Of a stretch of DNA of 32,365 nucleotides, positions 1-11,517 are shown in pieces. Both the position numbers and the translations under genes were made by a program. The stretch spans positions 1-32,365 of the forward strand of contig CAXHJY010001103.1 of assembly GCA_964016885.1 (NCBI GenBank), written 5' to 3'. How positions within the stretch are numbered: position 1 is the first letter of the stretch; every line of letters begins with the position of its first letter. The notes under the pieces are model-generated. The model had not been told where the DNA came from and did not search any database. It saw nothing but the letters and a program-made list of their open reading frames with translations. This stretch comes from Eledone cirrhosa. Its lineage: Eukaryota.

Positions 1-160
1 TACAGCTGGATGCCCTTCCTAACACCAACCTCATTTACAGTGAGTGCTGGGTGCTTTTTCGTGGCGCCTACACGTCCACTTTACAGTGTGGGCTGGGTGC
101 TTTTTTGCCGTGGCACCTCCACGACCACCTTGCGGTGGGGGGGCATATTGTTTATATGCT

Positions 161-3100
161 TCAGCATGTACCCATGGGAGGTCGGGTACCCTGTATTACT
201 GCGTGACGCCAGAAGTCACGGTCGTGTGTCATTGACTTTGAGAGGTGTAGTTGGGTAAGGTCGGCTTTTATCACCTCATCCCAAGTCATCTTGGGTCTCC
301 CCACTCCGCGGTTTCCATCAACTTCTAGTGCTCTGCACCTTTTTATGCAGCTGTCATCCTTCATACGCATCACATGTCCATACCAGCGTAACCGCCTCTC
401 CTGCACGCAGCATTTGATTCCTCTTATGCTCAGTCTCTCTCTCAATTCATTTATGCTTTGTCGTTCACGTATATTACTGTTACACATCCATCGGAGCATG
501 CAGGCTTCGTTTCTCTCTAATCTACGTAAGTCTTCCACCTTCAGCGCCCAGGTCTCACTACCATGCAACATCGCTGTTCGGATACACGCATCATACAGTC
601 TGCCTTTCATTCTGAGGGAGAAGCCTTTTGCAGCTAGCAGTGGTAGTAGTTCCCTAAACTTCTTCCATCCCGTTCTTACCCTAGTTATTGTACTTTCTGA
701 GCACCCACCTCCGTTGCTAATTCGGTCACCTAGGTAGCAGAAGCTGTCTACTGTTTCTACAGGGCCCTCCCAGAGATTGGTGGTACTTGTTTCCTGTGGC
801 TGTTTGCTTGCTGTTTCAGCACAGCTGCTGCATGTGAATCCTACATTCTTAATTAAGCTTCCTGAGATCCCGCTACATCTCTTGTGTACCCATTGTTTGC
901 ATTTGGGGCAAAGAATGGAGTTCCTACCTACACCTTTCCTACATACTGAGCAAGGCCATTTCCCTGAGGGGATCTGGGTTCTGTTTTCTCGTCTACTTAT
1001 AAGGACCTTAGTCTTTGTCATGTTGACTTTGAGGCCCTTTCTCTCTAGTCCCTGCTTCCAGGTTTGGAATTTATTCTCTAGTTCTACCATAGATTCAGCT
1101 ATGAGTGCGAGGTCATCAGCATACAGGAGTTCCCATGGGCATCCGGTCTTAAACTCCTCCGTTATTGCCTGCAGGACTATGATGAACAGGAGAGGGCTAA
1201 GAACAGAGCCCTGGTGGACCCCAACCTGTACGCTAAATTCCTCGCTATACTCATTGCCAATCCTAACTTTGCTGACTGCTCCCCTATACATGGCTTATAC
1301 CGCTTTCACAAGCCATTCATCTACTCCTAGTTTTCTAAGAGCCCACCAGATTACTGCACGTGGAACTCTGTCAAAGGCTTTCTCAAGGTCGACAAATGCC
1401 AAGTAGAGTGGCTTACTTTTAGCTAGGTACTTTTCCTGTAATTGCCTCACAAGGAAGAGCGCATCAGTGGTGCCTTTCCCTGGAACAAACCCAAATTGCA
1501 TCTCGTCTATATTCACCCGGTCCCTAATCAGCTGTGCTATAACTCTTTCTGTTACTTTCATGACCTGGTCCATCAACTTTATACCGCTATAGTTTCCTCT
1601 ATCTAGTGCATCGCCTTTACCTTTGTAGCAGTTGACAATGATGCTACTGCACCAATCTTTTGGTATGGCCCCCTCTAGTATTACCTGGTTAACGATACGT
1701 GTGGTTATAGTGTGACCTACAGACCCAGATGCCTTCAGCATCTCGGCAGCTATACCCGATGGACCGGTTGCCTTCCCTATCTTCATATCTCTGATTGCCT
1801 TACTTACTACGCTGCCGCTGACTTGTACTGCTGGTCCCTCTATAGGGTCTACGTGGGGTAGGGTCTCTTCTTCCCATGCATTCTCCTCATTTAGTAATCT
1901 ATCATAATGACTCTTCCATGCATCTTTCTTCTCAGCACTTGTGAGGGCAAGCTCACCTTTATCATTCCGGATACACTTCTCTCCAATGACATCACAACTA
2001 TCTCTGACACACTGCCTCGCAATCTTGAATACCTCCTGTTTCTGGTCCTCACGTTGTAAAACATGCTTGAATTTTCTATCCTCTGCTTCCCTCCTAGCTA
2101 AGTATACTTGTCGCCTAGCTTCCCTCTTGGTCTCTATGTAATGTACCCTGCTCCCCCCGTTCTTCCATTCTTTCCATGCCTGTCTCTTGGCCTTGACTGC
2201 TTCATCTACCTTATTGTTCCACCACCAAGTCACTCTCCTCCTGCTTGAGGTCTTACTCCAGCCACAAACCTCATCCGTCGCCTCTAGTAAGTTATTTTTT
2301 AGGAACTCCCAGTTCTCTTCTACGTTAAATGTCTCTATCTGTTCTTCTTTACTGTCGTAGGCGTTGAGTAAAATATCTTTAAATCTGTTACTGGTTGAGG
2401 GGACTTTCAGCTTCCAGATCTTTCTTCTCCAGGTTGGCCTCTGTTTCAGGGCTCGTCTAGTTCTGACCGTGAGGTCGCTGACAACTAAGCTATGTTGGGA
2501 TGTACATTCCTCACTAGGGAAGGCTTTTGTGTTTACGACCGTCCATCTGTCACGTCCTCTGATGAGGATAAAATCTAACTGACTAGAGTGCTCCCCTGAT
2601 CTATAGGTGATCAGGTGGTTGTCGGGTTTTTTAAAGTTTGTGTTACATATCGACATGTCATTGGCGTCGCAGAATTCTAGAAGTCTGAATCCTTCCTCAT
2701 TCCTTGTGCCAACTCCATGGCCTCCATGTACTCTATTGAAGCCGTCGCAGTGTTTACCTACGTGTCCGTTAAAATCTCCTGCAATGATTAGGAAGTCCTT
2801 GTCGTCTGTTAGAGCAGTAGTGTGTATTAGGGACTCGTAAAACCTATCCTTAAGTTCGTCTGGCAGCCCCGATTGGGGTGCGTAAGCTGATATTATTGTG
2901 GTAATTGTCTTATTCAGGACTAGTCTGAGTTTAATGATTCTTGCATTTACCCTGTACACTGAGATTACTTTATCTACCCACTTGTCAGCTAATAGTATAC
3001 CTACACCACCCATCCCATCGTCATTTCCCACCCAGAAAAATTTGTAGCACTGGCTTTTTCCTACAAGGACTCTAGCAGACCCTCCTCTCCATCTAGTCTC

Positions 3101-3280
3101 TTGCACACAGCATACATCAACTTCCTTTCGCTCTAGCATTTCTACGATTTCTCCTGCTCTTCCTTTCATTGAGCCTACATTGATGGTACCAACTCGGAGT
3201 TTTGGGCATTTGTCGACACTCGTAGGGGAGGGTCTCTGGGTTGGCGCTTCACGTGGGTGCTTGGTAGCTCGCAGATTCAT
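161..3280 (-). pseudogene. RTE ORF (APE endonuclease + reverse transcriptase with PHD-type insertion), 1039 codons with one in-frame stop
   Basis: EN motifs [41 protein letters not shown] motifs QFGFVPG, FVDLEKAFDRV, GVHQGSVLSPLLF, YADD, FCYLG. ORFs 1295..3280 and 161..1291 are in the same frame, separated by TAA at 1297-1295, which is CAA (Gln) in copy 3 at 15922-15924. Confidence 0.95.
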
Positions 3281-3523
3281 ATTTCATCTATTGATTCAGA
3301 GTTGCTCGTGTATTCCCAGCTCATCCATCCCTAACGGTGGGAAAATTGAGGGCTAGAAGGACAGTGGTGGTGGGGTAATGGCAGGGTGTGTTGGGATGCG
3401 CCAGAGGAGGAGAGAGTTAGTTAGGCAGGTAGTAGCAGCAGCAGCAGTGGAAATGGCATGCTAGGTTTGATTGGTCGAATAGACTATGGTGGTGTGTGGG
3501 GGTGGGGGGGAGGGAAATTGTGA

Positions 3524-6500
3524 GGTAGGAACTGAGGGTCGCATGGTAAATATCCAAGTTAATACTACATCAGTAAAATTAACAATAATAACGTCATGAA
3601 AAAAGCTACTAAGAGAAACCCTCGAAAATTTATCGCTAATACAGCAGGGAAAATTTAACGCTAATACAGCAGGGAACATCATAATATTAACGACATGAAA
3701 AAGCTACTAAGAGAAACCCTCGAAAATTTATCGCTAATACAGCAGGGAAAATTTAACGCTAATACAGCAGGGAACATCATAATATTAACGACATGAAAAA
3801 GCTACTAAGAGAAACCCTCGAAAATTTATCGCTAATACAGCAGGGAAAATTTAACGCTAATACAGCAGGGAACATCATAATATTAACGACATGAAAAAGC
3901 TACTAAGAGAAACCCTCGAAAATTTATCGCTAATACAGCAGGGAAAATTTAACGCTAATACAGCAGGGAACATCATAATATTAACGACATGAAAAAGCTA
4001 CTAAGAGAAACCCTCGAAAATTTATCGCTAATACAGCAGGGAAAATTTAACGCTAATACAGCAGGGAACATCATAATATTAACGACAATATGTAGGCTAA
4101 AATACCTTCGTAGATTAGGTGGATGGCTGGCTGGGAAAATTTGAATCAGCTCTAGTGGTACATTTTAGCAGAGAAGAATGGCAAAGTGTCTTATCTCTTC
4201 AATATTTTCAGATTGAATGAATTAGGTTAAAGACAGGGTAGTAAGCCTTAAAGAAGTGCATAGAGGGGGGGGGTAGGAACTGAGGGTCGCATGGTAAATA
4301 ACTGAGAGAGATACAATAGGATTAGAATACCGCATGGTAAATATCCAAGTTAATAAGTTAATACTACATCAGTAAAATTAACAATAATAACGTCATGAAA
4401 AAAGCTACTAAGAGAAACCCTCGAAAATTTATCGCTAATACAGCAGGGAAAATTTAACGCTAATACAGCAGGGAACATCATAATATTAACGACATGAAAA
4501 AGCTACTAAGAGAAACCCTCGAAAATTTATCGCTAATACAGCAGGGAAAATTTAACGCTAATACAGCAGGGAACATCATAATATTAACGACATGAAAAAG
4601 CTACTAAGAGAAACCCTCGAAAATTTATCGCTAATACAGCAGGGAAAATTTAACGCTAATACAGCAGGGAACATCATAATATTAACGACAATATGTAGGC
4701 TAAAATACCTTCGTAGATTAGGTGGATGGCTGGCTGGGAAAATTTGAATCAGCTCTAGTGGTACATTTTAGCAGAGAAGAATGGCAAAGTGTCTTATCTC
4801 TTCAATATTTTCAGATTGAATGAATTAGGTTAAAGACAGGGTAGTAAGCCTTAAAGAAGTGCATAGAGGGGGGGGGTAGGAACTGAGGGTCGCATGGTAA
4901 ATAACTGAGAGAGATACAATAGGATTAGAATACCGCATGGTAAATATCCAAGTTAATAAGTTAATACTACATCAGTAAAATTAACAATAATAACGTCATG
5001 AAAAAAGCTACTAAGAGAAACCCTCGAAAATTTATCGCTAATACAGCAGGGAAAATTTAACGCTAATACAGCAGGGAACATCATAATATTAACGACATGA
5101 AAAAGCTACTAAGAGAAACCCTCGAAAATTTATCGCTAATACAGCAGGGAAAATTTAACGCTAATACAGCAGGGAACATCATAATATTAACGACATGAAA
5201 AAGCTACTAAGAGAAACCCTCGAAAATTTATCGCTAATACAGCAGGGAAAATTTAACGCTAATACAGCAGGGAACATCATAATATTAACGACAATATGTA
5301 GGCTAAAATACCTTCGTAGATTAGGTGGATGGCTGGCTGGGAAAAATTTGAATCAGCTCTAGTGGTACATTTTAGCAGAGAAGAATGGCAAAGTGTCTTA
5401 TCTCTTCAATATTTTCAGATTGAATGAATTAGGTTAAAGACAGGGTAGTAAGCCTTAAAGAAGTGCATAGAGGGGGGGGGGGTAGGAACTGAGGGTCGCA
5501 TGGTAAATAACTGAGAGAGATACAATAGGATTAGAATACCGCATGGTAAATATCCAAGTTAATAAGTTAATACTACATCAGTAAAATTAACAATAATAAC
5601 GTCATGAAAAAAGCTACTAAGAGAAACCCTCGAAAATTTATCGCTAATACAGCAGGGAAAATTTAACGCTAATACAGCAGGGAACATCATAATAATAACG
5701 ACATGAAAAAGCTACTAAGAGAAACCCTCGAAAATTTATCGCTAATACAGCAGGGAAAATTTAACGCTAATACAGCAGGGAACATCATAATATTAACGAC
5801 ATGAAAAAGCTACTAAGAGAAACCCTCGAAAATTTATCGCTAATACAGCAGGGAAAATTTAACGCTAATACAGCAGGGAACATCATAATATTAACGACAT
5901 GAAAAAGCTACTAAGAGAAACCCTCGAAAATTTATCGCTAATACAGCAGGGAAAATTTAACGCTAATACAGCAGGGAACATCATAATATTAACGACAATA
6001 TGTAGGCTAAAATACCTTCGTAGATTAGGTGGATGGCTGGCTGGGAAAATTTGAATCAGCTCTAGTGGTACATTTTAGCAGAGAAGAATGGCAAAGTGTC
6101 TTATCTCTTCAATATTTTCAGATTGAATGAATTAGGTTAAAGACAGGGTAGTAAGCCTTAAAGAAGTGCATAGAGGGGGGGGTAGGAACTGAGGGTCGCA
6201 TGGTAAATAACAGAGAGATACAATAGGATTAGAATACCGCATGGTAAATATCCAAGTTAATAAGTTAATACTACATCAGTAAAATTAACAATAATAACGT
6301 CATGAAAAAAGCTACTAAGAGAAACCCTCGAAAATTTATCGCTAATACAGCAGGGAAAATTTAACGCTAATACAGCAGGGAACATCATAATATTAACGAC
6401 ATGAAAAAGCTACTAAGAGAAACCCTCGAAAATTTATCGCTAATACAGCAGGGAAAATTTAACGCTAATACAGCAGGGAACATCATAATATTAACGACAT

Positions 6501-7739
6501 GAAAAAGCTACTAAGAGAAACCCTCGAAAATTTATCGCTAATACAGCAGGGAAAATTTAACGCTAATACAGCAGGGAACATCATAATATTAACGACAATA
6601 TGTAGGCTAAAATACCTTCGTAGATTAGGTGGATGGCTGGCTGGGAAAATTTGAATCAGCTCTAGTGGTACATTTTAGCAGAGAAGAATGGCAAAGTGTC
6701 TTATCTCTTCAATATTTTCAGATTGAATGAATTAGGTTAAAGACAGGGTAGTAAGCCTTAAAGAAGTGCATAGAGGGGGGGGGGTAGGAACTGAGGGTCG
6801 CATGGTAAATAACTGAGAGAGATACAATAGGATTAGAATACCGCATGGTAAATATCCAAGTTAATAAGTTAATACTACATCAGTAAAATTAACAATAATA
6901 ACGTCATGAAAAAAGCTACTAAGAGAAACCCTCGAAAATTTATCGCTAATACAGCAGGGAAAATTTAACGCTAATACAGCAGGGAACATCATAATATTAA
7001 CGACATGAAAAAGCTACTAAGAGAAACGCTCGAAAATTTATCGCTAATACAGCAGGGAAAATTTAACGCTAATACAGCAGGGAACATCATAATATTAACG
7101 ACATGAAAAAGCTACTAAGAGAAACCCTCGAAAATTTATCGCTAATACAGCAGGGAAAATTTAACGCTAATACAGCAGGGAACATCATAATATTAACGAC
7201 ATGAAAAAGCTACTAAGAGAAACCCTCGAAAATTTATCGCTAATACAGCAGGGAAAATTTAACGCTAATACAGCAGGGAACATCATAATATTAACGACAA
7301 TATGTAGGCTAAAATACCTTCGTAGATTAGGTGGATGGCTGGCTGGGAAAATTTGAATCAGCTCTAGTGGTACATTTTAGCAGAGAAGAATGGCAAAGTG
7401 TCTTATCTCTTCAATATTTTCAGATTGAATGAATTAGGTTAAAGACAGGGTAGTAAGCCTTAAAGAAGTGCATAGAGGGGGGGGGGGGTAGGAACTGAGG
7501 GTCGCATGGTAAATAACTGAGAGAGATACAATAGGATTAGAATACCGCATGGTAAATATCCAAGTTAATAAGTTAATACTACATCAGTAAAATTAACAAT
7601 AATAACGTCATGAAAAAAGCTACTAAGAGAAACCCTCGAAAATTTATCGCTAATACAGCAGGGAAAATTTAACGCTAATACAGCAGGGAACATCATAATA
7701 TTAACGACATGAAAAAGCTACTAAGAGAAACCCTCGAAA
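3524..7739. repeat. Hierarchical tandem array: 98/99-bp monomers in blocks of 5,3,3,4,3,4,1+partial, separated by six near-identical 305-311-bp spacers
   Basis: Monomer starts at 3592,3691,3789,3887,3985 | 4391,4490,4588 | 4994,5093,5191 | 5600,5699,5797,5895 | 6298,6397,6495 | 6902,7001,7099,7197 | 7606,7705 (partial). Spacers start at 4083,4686,5289,5993,6593,7295. Each monomer holds two copies of the 25-mer GAAAATTTAWCGCTAATACAGCAGG. Confidence 0.97.
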
Positions 7740-7786
7740 TATATATATATACATACATACATATATATACATACATACATATATAT

Positions 7787-7835
<49 letters not shown>

Positions 7836-7915
7836 CATACATACATATATACATACATATAGACATACATATATATATACATACATACATACATATATAT
7901 ATATATATACATATC
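7740..7915. repeat. (TA)n/(TACA)n compound microsatellite
   Basis: Seen directly. Confidence 0.98.
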
Positions 7916-7937
7916 TACACCTCTCACAACACACACA

Positions 7938-8432
7938 CCCACATACCCACCCACTCGAAACCCCATCATTTGCCGCTACTCTCTACGCTATAGAATATGT
8001 ACGGATAGTGGCTGCAAATCCACCCATTTACCTAGGACAAAACAGTCTATCCCCACAAACAGCCACCACCATAATACATACTCTAATTTAACACCAACAC
8101 AACCACCAATAACTCAAACAAGGAATCCACAAATCTGCCGCTTTTCCCTGCGAGACAGATTGTGTTTACACCGGGATTGTCCCTTTACCCATCTCCCGGG
8201 GACCCGTCGGACAAATGAAAATAAAAATAAAAATAAAAGCAAATACAAAAACCATAACCTACATAAAAATAACCACTACCACAGTCACCAACAGTCTCCT
8301 AAACAGGAAACTTCTTCCTCTTTTTTAGCTATAATGAATCTGGCAAAAGAACTGGAAAAAAACATTCGAGCTATCACCCAGCAACACCCTCCACTATCAC
8401 ACCACTGCACAAACTCCCATTGCTGCCATTAA
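7938..8432 (+). pseudogene. C-terminal remnant of LINE ORF1 with two CCCH zinc fingers
   Basis: A stop-free frame continuous with the tracked ORF 8160..8432 reads [25 protein letters not shown] (7971-8027) and TRNPQI-CRFSLRDRLCLHRDCPFTH (8136-8192), both C-X8-C-X4-C-X3-H. No start codon; the 5' boundary is approximate. Confidence 0.75.
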
Positions 8433-11429
8433 CAAACAAACAAATTAACAACACACCAAAACAATTAAAACCATCCACTCTCGCCTCAACATTTTTGCTT
8501 AACGCCCAAGGCATCATCCCTTCCACCAATACTCAAAAATGGAAGATCAAATTCCTAGAGGACTGGGTTGATGTCCATCCAAACCACATCCCTTTCTTCG
8601 TCCTCACTGAAACCCATCTCAGCAACCTCCACTTGGAAGCCGAGGTGAAAGTGAAAAATTTCAAAGCCATCCGTGCTGATCGCGCTGGCAGAAGAAAGGG
8701 TGGGACTGCCATTTATGTCCATAATTCTTTCTCAACAGAGGCTATGAACATATTTATTAATGGATACTGCGAAGCAGTCACTGTATTCAGTCAAACCAAT
8801 AACCTAATAGTAGTTGAGCTCTATAGGCCACCCCAAACGCCTCTACCATGCTTCAATGAATGCCTCAACAGCATAAAGTGTTTCATCCAAGAGTGTCACC
8901 CTGACAACATCTTAATGATGGGGGACTTCAACCTCCCCGGAGTCGACAAACAGCCTGCCACCAGGTTCTTCTGCCTCAACCTCTGACAGGGAAGCAGTGG
9001 AATCGCTTCTTGACTTCATGGATGATTTCTTCCTGTCCCAACTGGTGCTCGAACCAACGAGGTGCCACAAAAACGTCCTAGACTTAATTTTCAGCAATCA
9101 CACTGACACTATCCACAATATTGCAGTGGAGAAAACTCTACTCTCTGATCATGACATGGTTTTCTGTGATCTGAGATTCCACCGTCCAATATACAAACCC
9201 AATGTCATCTCTCCTGTCCATCCGTTTGACGCTATGGATTTCCACAATGCAAAAGCGATCAGTCATGATCTTGCACATGTCGACTGGTTCTTCACGCACA
9301 CTCACACACCCACTAACATCAAAAAGTCCTGGCAGACATTTGTGGACACTGTTACAAACATATGTGCAAAACACACCCCATTAACAACTATAAACAAATC
9401 TAAGAGCAGAATCCCTAGAAATAGAAAAATGCTCATCAGGAAAATTAAGAGAACTAACAAAAAAATCAACAAGCTGAAATACAGTCAGCAGCAACTCACC
9501 ATTAAAAAACATAACCTCCAAAACAATATGATGTCTATCATCAACAATCAGAGAAGAGCTGAAGAGGCCTGGGCCATTGAGAAGATCAAACTCAATCCCA
9601 AAGTGTTCTTTTCATTTGCAAAAAAACACAAAATCACTGGCTCTACTGTTGGCCCTCTAATTGATGAAAATGGCACTCTTCAAGACAATGCTAAAACCAT
9701 GGGTGAGATACTGCAGAAACAATACTGCTCTGTTTTCAGCAATCCTGATATGGCCGATCTGGGCTGTATCGGCGATGTTACTCCCCATTACACCTTATCG
9801 AACATAACGTTTGGCGCCCCTGATGTCTTAGCGGCAATAAAGGAAATCAAGCATAATTCAGCAGTAGGTTCCCAATAGGTACCCTGTCTTGAAGGCGTGT
9901 CAACACCAACTTGCATCTCCTCTTGCCAATCTGTGGCGGAACTCACTGGATGCTGGATATGTGCCAGAAAACCTTCTATCCCAGTCTGTTGTCCCAGTTT
10001 TCAAAAAAGGAAACAAATCCCTTGCCGTGAATTACCGTCCAATCTCACTCACCTCTCATATCATTAACGTATTTGAGAGAGTGGTGAGATCGCGAATGAC
10101 TCACTTCCTTGAGAGTAACAATATGCTGAACTCCAACCAGCATGGATTCCGTAATGGAAGGGATTGCCTGACGCAGCTACTGCATCACTTTGATGACATT
10201 TTGAGAGCCTTGGGAGAGGGTTCCAACACTGATGTTATCTACCTTGATTTCAGCAAGGCCTTTGACAGGGTTGATCACAACATTCTACTGAGAAAGCTGT
10301 CCAATATTGGTGTCACTGGAAAGCTGCTGCAGTGGATCAAGAGCTTCCTGTCAAACAGAACCCAACATGTTGTAGTCGAAGGAGTCAAATCCAGCCCAGC
10401 CAAAGTCAGTAGTGGGGTCCCACAAGGCACTGTATTGGGCCCACTTCTCATCATCATCTATATTAATGACATCACTGACATCATCAAACACAGCAACATT
10501 AGAATTTTCGCTGATGATTCCAAGCTCCAAAAGGTCATCAATGGCGTGGATGACCGGATAAGCCTTCAGTCAGACCTACTGGCTGTTACCCAATGGGCGG
10601 TAAAGAACAACATGTTACTGAACGAAGACAAATTCGAACTGATTCACTTTGGAAAAGAGGATGCTCTGAAACTCCCGTACTCCCTTCCCTCCGGTGAAAC
10701 TCTCGTGGCATCTAACAACATCAGAGACTTGGGAGTAACCGTGGACAGCAACATAAGCTGGGCCACGCATATAAGCAGCAAAGTTGACATGGCCCGCAGA
10801 ATTTGTTCCTGGATCCTCAGAACCTTCCAGTCGAGAGATTCCCACACCATTATCCTTCTCTTCTCCACTTTTGCCCGACCACACCTTGAATACTGTTATC
10901 CACTGTGGTCTCCCCACACAAAACAAAGTATCATGAAACTTGAAGCTCCCCAAAGGGCAATCACGAAAAAGATAGATGGCATGTCAGACCTTGACTACTG
11001 GGGGTCGACTAGAAAAGCTGAAACTTTACTCACTCCAACGTCGCCGTGAGCGTTATATTATCTGCATGATGTGGAAAAATGTTTCATCAGCACTGCCCAA
11101 ATGATGTTGGCATCACCTTCAAAATACACCCAAGGCTTGGGCCCCGTGCTATCCGTCCCAAACAAAAATCTAAATCGCAACTCATAACAACAATACGGCA
11201 CAATTATTTCACCTCAATTGGCCCTGCTCTCTTCAACATCACACCAGGACACGTCAAAACAGAAACTGACCACACAAAATTCAAGAAGACTTTGGCCAAA
11301 TTCCTCCAAGTAATCCCGGACAAACAACACCCACACCCGGATATGTCTCCGCAAACAGTAATTCCCTTCTCAAATGGGCCATGGTGCCCAAATCCTGAAT
11401 TGAAAGACTTCGCCAGATGGTGCTATTAA
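8420..11429 (+). pseudogene. LINE ORF2 (APE endonuclease + RT) broken by several frameshifts
   Basis: EN motifs LLNAQG, LTETHL, GGTAIYV, YRPP, GDFNLP, PTR..LDLIF, SDH. RT motifs FKKG..NYRPISLTS, QHGFR, YLDFSKAFD, SGVPQGTVLGP, FADD, RPHLEY..WSP. Pieces 8420..8986, 8997..9878, 9889..11049 and 11079..11429 change frame at each junction. Confidence 0.93.
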
Positions 11430-11476
11430 GTTAGACATGGCCTGGGCCAATACTGGCCAAAGTTATTCAAAGTTAT

Positions 11477-11517
11477 ATATATATATATTACATATATATA
11501 TATATATATATTACATA
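11477..11517. repeat. (TA)n with TATTACATA interruptions
   Basis: Seen directly between two tail-to-tail LINEs. Confidence 0.95.

Larger units (their letters stand above)
1..7739 (-). mobile_element. RTE-clade non-LTR retrotransposon (LINE), copy 1, near full length; 3' UTR cut by the window edge; 5' region includes the tandem array
   Basis: EN+RT reading frame at 3280..161. The 3' UTR (1-160) matches copies 2 and 3. The 5' UTR (3281-3590) is continuous with the array, which stops mid-monomer against (TA)n at 7739. Bases 1-3590 are secure; including 3591-7739 in the element is inference. Confidence 0.85.
7916..11476 (+). mobile_element. CR1/L2-type (Jockey group) LINE, truncated within ORF1, decayed
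   Basis: ORF1 remnant followed by EN+RT fragments. The 3' end has a short TGGCC..GGCCA hairpin (11438-11459) and a tandem tail CAAAGTTATT-CAAAGTTAT (11458-11476) before (TA)n. Exact clade needs an RT phylogeny. Confidence 0.88.

Noticed and set aside
291-2840. Antisense ORFs over the RTE copies (148, 209, 72 and 77 aa, recurring in other copies)
   Set aside because: Shadows of the RT frame. They recur only because the copies are near-identical, and they show no recognisable motifs.
3281-3590. Self-cleaving ribozyme or G-quadruplex in the RTE 5' UTR
   Set aside because: HDV-like ribozymes are known from some RTE 5' UTRs, but I could not identify the fold by eye; an Infernal or RNArobo search would be needed. 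The G-runs at about 3488-3515 are on the antisense strand and unremarkable alone.
3592-7739. CRISPR-like repeat-spacer appearance
   Set aside because: The sequences between repeats are identical rather than unique, there are no cas genes and the context is eukaryotic. It is a tandem satellite.
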